From: Neoechinorhynchus agilis
Taxonomy: Eukaryota > Animalia > Acanthocephala
NCBI GenBank assembly: GCA_051530055.1
Contig: JBMGUZ010000049.1
Coordinates: forward strand, 1-20,888
Length of the DNA: 20,888 nucleotides
Direction: 5' to 3'
Shown here: one piece after another, positions 12,243 through 20,888 of the stretch
How the letters are laid out: every line of letters begins with the position of its first letter
Numbering within the stretch: position 1 is the stretch's first letter
Program-made: the position numbers and the translations under genes
Notes under the pieces: generated by a model
Told to the model about the DNA's origin: nothing
Database searches by the model: none
What the model saw: only the letters and a program-made list of their open reading frames with translations

Positions 12243-12829
12243 TTCGCCATAACTGCTGCCCGTTCCAATGAGGTCTCATAGTAGACCGCCACGTCCTACT
12301 ATATAAACTCGATCATTTATGTTTGTCCTCACAATGAGGTCGGGCTTGTGTAAGTTGCCGCCGTCGTCCATAATGTGATTTTTTCTATCGACGGTATAAC
12401 TGATGCCTCGGATTGAATCTCTTTTGGCGGATTTTGCTTCTTCTGCATTTAATGCGTCTATAAAGACTTTCTCGACGTCGTCGTGTCTTTTAATCATTGC
12501 TTCCGTCGAGAAGTCACACTGATTAATTACGTGCAAGCACGTTTCTGTTTGATGGGCGCAATGGCGACAGGCTTTTGTCCTATTGTTTGAGATCCTTGCC
12601 ATAAGGGCACCAACCTCTAGAAGTTCATCTCGCATTTTTATCAATTCCGTGTATTGCCTGTGATGTCCCTGTCTGTATCTGAATGATAACATTTTTGGGT
12701 CTGCGAATCCGTTGGTAAAGGCCTGATATCCGTTTGCCTGTGTTTTTGCCTCCGCCCATTTTTTTCGTACTCTGCGTTAACGCCGCTTTTGCCTAGATCT
12801 CTCATAAACGATGCAAGCCATTTACTTTC
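12243..12829 (-). pseudogene. C-terminal linker, CCHC knuckle and restriction-like endonuclease fragment
   Basis: After correcting two frameshifts (T7 run at 12759-12765; extra base at 12295/12296) it reads ESKW...EKKWAEAKTQANGYQAF...CRHCAHQTETCLHVINQC...RHDDV...KPDLIV...YIVDVAVYYETSLERAAVMAK, then truncates. Confidence 0.9.
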
Positions 12830-12900
12830 TCATTCGAGAATGCCAATAAAACTGAAGCTATTGAAATCGTTAAAATTGACTGAATTTACATTACTATTTA

Positions 12901-12980
12901 TAAAGAAACAATGATGGTAGTGGTATTTCACCGGCGCGGCTTCCCACCTGTTCTACGCCCATCATGTTTCTTCACAGACT

Positions 12981-13018
<38 letters not shown>

Positions 13019-13025
13019 GTTACTC

Positions 13026-13059
<34 letters not shown>

Positions 13060-13103
13060 GCTGCAGACAGGGACAGTAGGAATCTCAATAATCCATTGAT
13101 GCA

Positions 13104-13135
<32 letters not shown>
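12901..13135 (-). rRNA. 28S rRNA: 28S (LSU) rRNA gene fragment starting exactly at the R2 insertion site; non-functional piece
   Basis: Minus strand reads TAGCCAAATGCCTCGTCATCTAATTAGTGACG...GCGAAACCACAGCCAAGGGAACGGGCTTGG...CAGCGGGGAAAGAAGACCCTGTTGAGCTTGACTCTAGT...GCGCCGGTGAAATACCACTAC; these are conserved eukaryotic LSU core motifs. 235 bp. Confidence 0.97.
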
Positions 13136-13233
13136 GACACAGATTTATTGGTAAAATAAATCACCCTGTATTCGAAATTATATCGATTTTATACTTGATA
13201 TTCTTTTTTTGTTCAATATTAGTTTTTATTCGG

Positions 13234-13404
13234 TTACTTGGTTTGCTTTATCAATTCGTTTTTTTTATTCGTCCCATAAATATGTGGTAAACGGCAAGAT
13301 TTTTCGGCCGCAGCGCGGCACATATTTATTGCACAGTCGGTATTTAAATTGAGGGAACGCAGTCTGCTCAATAATTCCTTGGAAAAAGTTACGAGCTGTA
13401 ACGC
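13234..13404 (-). pseudogene. Probable extreme C-terminal helix of the RLE ORF
   Basis: 57-codon frame ALQLVTFSKELLSRLRSLNLNTDCAINMCRAAAEKSCRLPHIYGTNKKNELIKQTK*. MCRAAAEKSCRLPHIY resembles the terminal helix of R2/NeSL proteins as I remember it, and the position fits (about 100 bp from the 3' junction). Confidence 0.45.
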
Positions 13405-13463
13405 TCAGTCGCTTCGTTTAACCAATCCTGGTTGAAATCTGTCTGAAATCTTAGTAAATGTAT

Positions 13464-14627
13464 TTATTTTTCAAGAAATGCTTTATATCGTGGATGCAAG
13501 GACTTTGTTTTTAGACTGTCGTTAATCGTCTCATATGCAAATTTCGGTGTAAAGATTGCAGATATGCTGGGTGGTTTTTCTGCGTGTTCGGTATAGCTGC
13601 TAGATTCGTGACTTAGACAGTGTACATTAACGCCAGATAAATTCGTGGTAAAATCGCGGGATACTTCGTCGATTAATGCGGTTGAATTGTTGGCATTCAT
13701 TCCCGGTGCATCATCTGCTTCCTCGACTAGGCTGATGGCGGCTTCGGTTTCATCTTCTTCAGGTATGGCATCAAGGACCAGGGACTGAGATAGCGCATTT
13801 ATCCAATTTCTATCGTGGCCAGGAATGATTTTGGTTCTAGATCCGGTCTGACTATTGGTGTCATCGGCTCTTACGGCGGAAGTGCATGACGGGCTGCGAT
13901 GGGACCGTGCACTCGCCGCAAGCGGTGTACTTTGCCTAGAAAGCACCACGTTGTGCGCGAGGTCAGGATTCTCTGCCCTACCATCCAACAAAACATTATT
14001 TTTCTGTGTGAGAGACTCGCCGGCTAGTGATGGAACATCCTGCTTTTTGAGCTACGAGCGCCTAGTACACTGCGTATGGTGAGCTCTGGCAGAGAACACC
14101 TTATCTGAGGGTTGAACCCTACATTCCCTGCACATATACGAGAGGCATTCGACGAGATGTGCAGTGCGCAGGTGATCTTCTAGCGCGTTCCACTGACCCA
14201 AACCGGAGATGTTTATTTTGCAAATCTTACAATGATCTAGGGAAGTGTTCCCAGTGTAAAACGTGACAACGCAACTGGACGTAGAGTGGCTTCCCTGGTC
14301 TTTGGTCTCCTTTTCTATTAGTCCTCTATGAATTGCAGAATTGGTTGCCCTGCATTTTCTGAGATGCGACCCTACGCTTCCAGGAACGGCGTGACGAAAA
14401 CCCTTACACACCTGACAAACCCAAGAGACTGGCCCACGTGAATGACTCTCTCTCATATGGTCCAGAAAGACGCGATGCTTCGTCTTTCCTACAGCTAGAA
14501 ATGGACACAGAGGGCATTGTAAAGGTTTCTCCGGAAATATCCAATATAAAACTTCGATTTGTGAAAGTTCAGAGCTTCCAGACGCCATTGAAGAAAACAT
14601 AGACACTCTCTCACACCAAAACCACAC
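13464..14627 (-). pseudogene. Retroelement ORF N-terminus: four zinc fingers plus a low-complexity linker, one in-frame stop
   Basis: ORFs 14052-14627 and 13464-13991 are in the same frame, separated by a single TAG (14052-14054). Fingers: CPLC..HMRESH, CQVC..HLRKC, CKIC..HLRTAH, CREC..HHTQC. First ATGs are at 14600 and 14588. Confidence 0.85.
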
Positions 14628-15015
14628 TCTGCAAATACTGCAAATTTAACTAAAATTAAGTAAAATTCGATAAAATTTCCTGTGGCGTCACACTCGACAC
14701 GGCAGAAAGCAATAAAAAACTGCGTCTTAAGAGATTCTTCAGCAGGATCGCTCAGAAGTGGCAGAAATTGATTCAGCGGTATCGAAAACCCCAAATCCCG
14801 TCTAAATAGTTCAAATGAAACCTTCTTTTCGAGAGCGAGTTAGGGGAAGGATTAAAAGGCTGTGCTCAGGTGAACGTCTCAATAGTTATGGCTCGGACCT
14901 TTCCAATTCAAATCGTCTTGATACCCAGTGAGAATTTTGTTTACAAACCTGAGGAGTAGAAAATCTGCAAGAATATCGATCGTTTGAGATTTTTCCTGCG
15001 ATGAAAGAAATTTTT

Positions 15016-15083
15016 CCACAATGCTTTGTTTTAATTAACCAGTTGGATTTCCCTTGTCCATACCAGTTCTAGGCCAGCTGTTT
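15016..15083 (-). rRNA. 28S rRNA: 28S rRNA gene fragment from upstream of the R2 site (may extend into variable sequence up to ~15139)
   Basis: Minus strand AAACAGCTGGCCTAGAACTGGTATGGACAAGGGAAATCCAACTGGTTAATTAAAACAAAGCATTGTGG matches the conserved LSU stretch AGAACTGG..CGGAC.AGGGGAATCCGACTGTTTAATTAAAACAAAGCAT. Confidence 0.88.
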
Positions 15084-15139
15084 AACGCAGATCGGATCCC
15101 CGCGCAAGAAGCGAGCGTACCCGCTGGATACGTCGAAAC

Positions 15140-15259
15140 CGTTGTGATGACCGGCCAACGTTCCTCTGGAGACTGCGTATAATTTGAAACAGCACTCTTT
15201 GGCAGACTCGCGGGTTGGACGTTCCCTTCAAATAAACGACGATAATGTTCAACTGTTTC
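15140..15259 (-). pseudogene. Small fragment of the pre-RT region of an RLE retroelement
   Basis: ETVEHYRRLFEGNVQPASLPKSAVSNYTQSPEERWPVITT resembles the Y/W..LF....W.PIT segment that precedes the RT in R2-like proteins. Short, so the assignment is tentative. Confidence 0.5.
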
Positions 15260-15265
15260 TTAACG

Positions 15266-18200
15266 GACTTCCTAAACTACAACTGCAATATTCGAAGCGG
15301 AAATCGCATGATTATATTTGGTCAAAAGTCACAAGAGTCAAAGATCGCATAATTTGCAAAATTCATTAAAATTAGATAACACCATTGAAATCAGCGCATT
15401 AGATATGCTAAAAATGCTTTTGTATTTCGTAACAACTTACGAGTACTACAGATTTAATTCGGGTGTCTTTTATGAACTTCGATCCTTAAACCAAGTGTAA
15501 AAATTAAGAAAAGTCACATTAGACCGTGATTGCAGGTTAATTCAGCGTCAAAAGTGGATCTAGAAAAGTTAATTGTATCTTACATTTATTGACGCTTTAA
15601 TATCAATAATCAAGGTAGTTTGTCTTCAAATTGAACAACGCATAACTCAAGAACCATTACAGCCATCGCAAATCTGGATACAGATTTGGAATCAGCGCGT
15701 TAAAATGGACAAGATTAACTGACTTCCTAAACTACAACAGCAATATTCGAAGCGGAAATCGCATGATCATATTTGGTCAAAAGTCACAAGAGTCAAAGAT
15801 CGCTTAATTTGCAAGATTTATTAAAGTTAGATAACACAATTGAAATCAGCGCATTAGATATGCTAAAAATGCTTTTGTATTTCGTAACAACTTGCGAGTA
15901 CTACTGATTTAATTATGGTGTCTTATATGAACTTCGATCCTTTAACTAAGTGTAAAAATTTAAAAAGCCACATCTTACCGTTATTGCAGGTGAATTCAGC
16001 GTCAAAAGTAGATCTAGAAAAGTTAATTGTATCTTACATTTATTGACGTTTTAATATCAATAATCAAGGTAGTTTGTCTACAAATTGAACAACCCATAAC
16101 TCAAGAACCATTACAGCCATCGCAAATCTGGATACAGGTTTAGAATCAGCGCGTTAAAATGGGCCAGATTAACTGACTTCCTAAACTACAACTGCAATAT
16201 TCGAAGCGGAAATCGCATTATCATATTTGGTCAAAAGTCACAAGAGTCAAACATCGCTTAATTTGCAAGATTCATTTAAATTAGATAACACAATTGAAAT
16301 CAGCGCATTAGATATGCTAAAAATGCTTTTGTATTTCGTAACAACTTACAAGTACTACAGATTTAATTCAGGTGTCTTAATTGAACTTCGATCCTTTAAC
16401 TAAGTGTAAAAATTTAAAAAGCCACATCAAACCGTTATTGGAGGTGAATTCAGCGTCAAAAGTAGATCTAGAAAAGTTAATTTTATCTTAAATTTATTGA
16501 CGTTTTAATATCAATAATATAGGTAGATTGTCTCAAAACTGAACAACGCATAACTAAAGAACCATTACAGCTATCGCAAACCTGGATACAGATTTGGAAT
16601 CAGCGCGTTAAAATGGACCAGATCAACTGACATCATAAACTACAACTGCAATATTCGAAGCGGAAATCGCATTATCATATTTGGTCAAAAGTCACAAGAG
16701 TCAAAGATCGCTTAATTTGCAAGATTCATTAAAATTAGATAACACAATTGAAATCAGTGCATTAGATATGCTAAAAATGCTTTTGTATTTCGTAACAACT
16801 TGCGAGTACTACTGATTTAATTATGGTGCCTTATATGAACTTCGATCCTTTAACTAAGTGTAAAAATTTAAAAAGCCACATCTTACCGTTATTGCAGGTG
16901 AATTCAGCGTCAAACGTAGATCTAGAAAAGTTAATTGTATCTTACATTTATTGACGTTTTAATATCAATAATCAAGGTAGTTTGTCTACAAATTGAACAA
17001 CGCATAACTCAAGAACCATTACAGCCCTCGCAAATCTGGATACAGCTTTGGAATCAGCGCGTTAAAATGGAGAGACTAACTGACTTCCTAAACTACAACT
17101 GCAATATTCGAAGCGGAAATCGCATGATCATATTTGGTAAAAAGTCAAGAGTCAAAGATCGCTTAATTTGCAAGATTCATTAAAATTAGATAACACCATT
17201 GAAATCGGCGCATTAGATATGCTAAAAATGCTTTTGTATTTCGTAACAACTTACGAGTACTACAGATTTAATTCAGGTGTCTTATATGAACTTCGATCCT
17301 TTAACTAAGTGTAAAAATTTAAAAAGCCACATCAAACCGTTATTGGAGGTGAATTCAGCGTAAAAAGTAGATCTAGAAAAGTTAATTTTATCTTAAATTT
17401 ATTGACGTTTTAATATCAATAAATAGGTAGTTTGTCTCAAAACTGAACAACGCATAACTAAAGAACCATTACAGCTATCGCAAACCTGGATACAGATTTG
17501 GAATCAGCGCGTTAAAATGGATAAAAGTCAAAGTAAAGATCCTAATTTGCAAGATTCATTAAAATTGATAAACATTGAAATCGCGCATTAGATATGCTAA
17601 AATGTTTTTATTTCGTAACAACTTACGAGTACTACAGATTTAATTCAGGTGTCTTTATGAACTTCGATCCTTAATCAATAATCAAGGTAGTTTGTCTACA
17701 AATTGAACAACGCATAACTAAAGTACCATTACAGCGATCGCAAATCTGGATACAGATTTGGAATCCGCGCGTTAAAATGGACCAGATCAACTGACATCAT
17801 AAACTACAACTGCAATATTCGAAGCGGAAATCGCATTATCATATTTGGTCAAAAGTCACAATAGTCAAAGATCACTAAATTTGCAAGATTCATTAAAATT
17901 GGATAATACAATTGAAATCAGCGCATTAGATATGCTCAAAATGTTTCATCATTTCGTAACAACTTACGAGTACTACAGATTTAATTCAGGTGTCTTTTAT
18001 GAACTTCGATCCTTAAACTAAGTTAAAAAATTTAAAAAGTCACATCAAACCGTGATTGCAGGTTGATTAAGCGTCAACAGTAGATCTAGAAAAGTTAATT
18101 GTATCTTACATTTATTGACGTTATATTATCAATAATCAAGGTAGTTTGTCTACAAATTGAACAACGCATAACTCAAGAACCATTACAGCTATCGCAAATC

Positions 18201-19957
18201 TGGATACAGATTTAGAATCAGCGCGTTAAAATGGACCAGATTAATTGACTTCCTAAACTACAACTGCAATTTCGAAGCGGAAATCGCATGATCATATTTG
18301 GTCAAAAGTTGAACTATAATTCTTTAACTAAATGTTAAAATTTAAAAAGCCGCATCAAACCGTTATTGCAGGTGAATTCAGCGTCAAAAGTAGATCTAGA
18401 AAAGTTAATTTTATCTTAAATTTATTGACGTTTTAATATCAATAATCAAGGTAGTTTGTCTACAAATTGAACAACGCATAACTAAAGTACCATTACAGCG
18501 ATCGCAAATCTGGATACAGATTTGGAATCCGCGCGTTAAAATGGACCAGATCAACTGACATCATAAACTACAACTGCAATATTCGAAGCGAAAATCGCAT
18601 TATCATATTTGGTCAAAAGTCACAATAGTCAAAGATCACTAAATTTGCAAGATTCATTCAAATTAGATAACAAAATTGAAATCAGCGCATTTGATATGCT
18701 CAAAATGTTTCATCATTTCGTAACAACTTACGAGTACTACAGATTTAATTCAGGTGTCTTTTATGAACTTCGATCCTTAAACTAAGTGTAAAAATTTAAA
18801 AAGTCACATCAAACCGTGATTGCAGGTTAATTAAGCGTATACAGTGGATCTAGAAAAGTTAATTTTATCTTAAATTTATTGACGTTTTAATATCAATAAT
18901 AAAGGTAGTTTGTCTCAAAACTGAACAACTCTGGATACAGATTTGGAATCAGCGCGTTAAAATGGAGCAGATTAACTGACTTCCTAAACTACAACTGCAA
19001 TATTCGAAGCGGAAATCGCATGATCATATTTGGTCAAAAGTCACAAGAGTAAAACATCACTTAATTTGCAAGATTCATTAAAATTAGATAACAAAATTGA
19101 AATCAGCGCATTAGATATGCTCAAAATGTATTATCATTTCGTAACAACTTACGAGTGCCACCGATTTATTTCAGGTGTCTTTTATCAACTTAGATCCTTA
19201 AACTAAGTGTCAAAGTCTAAAGAGCCACATAAAACTGTTATTGCAGGTGAATGCAGCGTCAAAAGTAGATCTAGAAAAGTTAATTTGATCTTAAATTGAT
19301 TGGCGTTTTAATATCAATAATCAAGGTAGTTTGTCTCAAAATTGAACAACGAATAACTCCAGAACCATTAAAGCTATCGCAAATCTGGATACAGATTTGG
19401 AATCAGCGCGTTAGGATGTACTAAACTTACTGACTCTCTAAACTACAGCTTAAATATTTTAATCGGAAATCGCATTATCATATTTGGTAAATAGTCACAA
19501 GAGTTAAAGATCACTAAATATGCAAAATTCATTAAAATTTGATAACACCGTTGAAATCATCTCATTAGATATGCTCAAAATGTTTTATCATTTCGTAACA
19601 ACTTACGAGTACCACAGATTTAATTCAGGTGTCTTTTATCAACTTAAATCCTTAAACTAAGTGTAAAAGTCTAAAAAGCCACATAAAACTGTTATTGCAG
19701 GTGAATTCAGCGTCAAAAATTGATCTAGAAAGGTTAATTTGATCCTAAATTGATTGACGTTTTAATATCAATAATCAAGGTAGTTTGTCTCAAAATTGAA
19801 CAACGAATAACTCAGGAACCATTACAGCTATCGAAAATCTGGATACAGATTTTGAATCAGCGCGTTGAGATGTACTAAACTAACTGAATCTCTAAACTAC
19901 AGCTGCAATATTTGAATCGGAAATCGCATTATAAAATTTGGTAAATAGTCACAAGAG
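15266..19957. repeat. Second 454-bp satellite array, about 11 monomers, several internally deleted
   Basis: Anchors at 15637, 16091, 16545, 16999, 17449, 17709, 18163, 18473, 18927, 19348, 19802; short units of 260, 310 and 421 bp. Same orientation as array 1 and the same end point, AGTCACAAGAG. Confidence 0.98.
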
Positions 19958-20494
19958 CAATCGATTTCGGTTTTCCTTTATGTTATTTGCTCAAAATCAG
20001 AACATATCTCATGAGCACAGGTTCTAATTTTTAAGCAGATGACGTCATGTTTTCGACACAAACAACGAAAGAAATAAAGCAATAAGACTGCCGTCGATCT
20101 CTGTTTTCCTGTACGTCATTTGCTATAAATCAGAAGATATTGCATCAGCACGTGTTGTAATTTTAAAGCTGAAGACGTCATGGTTTCGATATAAAAGACG
20201 AATAAATTGAAGCACAAATTAAACGCTGTAGTCAATTTATGTTTCCGGCATGTTATTGGCTCAAAATCAGAATATTTTGCTTAAGCACGCGTTTGAATTT
20301 GTAAAACTCATTACGCTTTTTTCAACGAGATAAGTTCGGACGTAACTCTGACTGTCTCGATGGTAGACGCGTTATGGATTTAACGTGTTTTCAATATAAA
20401 AAACGAAAATAATAAAGCAGCAATAACATACTGCAGTCGAATTCTGTTTTCCTTTGTGTTATTCGCTCCAAATCAGGAGATATCTCATGAGCAC
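19958..20494. repeat. Second, shortened ~137-bp array (about 3.5 units)
   Basis: Anchors at ~19970, 20103, 20241, 20446. Matches 8785-~9135, then ~9475-9667. Confidence 0.93.
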
Positions 20495-20888
20495 GAACGT
20501 TTTAAAAGCTTCTCTGCCCGCTAAGAGAGCTTTACTTGAAGTTATCAACAAGCCTTCCTCTCGTCATAGCTTATATACTAAACCTAACCCTTACATTGGT
20601 TTCCTGGAGAGGGGGCACTCTATGTATGCCCAGGTTTTTGACATCGTGCTGCAATGTAATTTTGCTAGCGTCACAAGGCTCTTTTTATGATACAATTCAA
20701 TCGAAACAAAACACGTTCAATCAGCTAATGTTCAGCACTTTTTAACTTTCAATGATGTAGTTAATTTCACGAAACGTCGACAACCAATCTAGTCATCAAT
20801 TCTTAGCGGGTTCCAAGAGCTTCGACTGACGTCATTTATAAGCACTCATTCACGTCGTAGCTCATATGCTATGCCTAGCCCTTACTGG
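20495..20888. repeat. Non-tandem block, copy 2 (runs off the right edge)
   Basis: Matches 10449-10842. Confidence 0.97.

Larger units (their letters stand above)
13136..14725 (-). mobile_element. Internally deleted, non-autonomous RLE retroelement sitting at the 28S R2 site (5' end is either 14725 or ~15015)
   Basis: Zinc-finger N-terminus, no RT, a possible ORF C-terminal tail, a short AT-rich 3' UTR with AATAAA just before the junction, then TAGCCAAATG. Confidence 0.75.
11230..15265 (-). mobile_element. Composite of RLE-type (R2/NeSL/Utopia-like) non-LTR retrotransposon fragments and 28S rDNA fragments
   Basis: Higher GC than the flanks. Contains zinc fingers, an RT DD/NPAKC motif, CCHC-RHD-PD..D endonuclease motifs and two 28S pieces, all on the minus strand. 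Right edge joins the satellite at 15260-15266; left edge is approximate. Confidence 0.88.

Noticed and set aside
12928-13164. 78-aa ORF containing SQMPRHLISD
   Set aside because: It is the well-known spurious translation of 28S rRNA.
11988-14794. Plus-strand ORFs 11988-12281 and 13855-14082, and minus-strand 14495-14794
   Set aside because: Shadow frames of the retroelement coding sequence.
14770-15015. Hammerhead or HDV ribozyme in the 5' region
   Set aside because: I could not place a complete CUGANGA/GAAA core or the nested pseudoknot by eye; a structure search is needed.
12901-15083. Functional rDNA unit
   Set aside because: Only about 300 bp of recognisable 28S in two pieces; no 18S, 5.8S or ITS.

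Overview
AT-rich eukaryotic DNA, probably animal because it carries R2-site retroelement material, and essentially all repeats; there is no intact protein gene. Layout: a 454-bp satellite array (1-8784), a ~137-bp repeat array (8785-~10403), a short non-tandem block (~10404-11230), a ~4-kb minus-strand mosaic of RLE-type non-LTR retrotransposon pieces and 28S rDNA pieces (~11230-15265), a second 454-bp array (15266-19957), and a second, shorter copy of the 137-bp array plus block (19958-20888). The centre of the mosaic is an internally deleted element whose 3' end abuts TAGCCAAATGCC, the exact R2 insertion point in 28S. Its N-terminus has four zinc fingers and no visible Myb domain, which is unlike canonical R2. 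Around it lie co-oriented retroelement fragments out of their normal order. The 454-bp monomer looks like an old trimer of ~151-bp units. The satellite/137-bp/block module is itself a diverged ~10-11 kb duplication, and it may carry a small Sm-type RNA gene (speculative). All family comparisons are from memory and manual translation; no searches were run.
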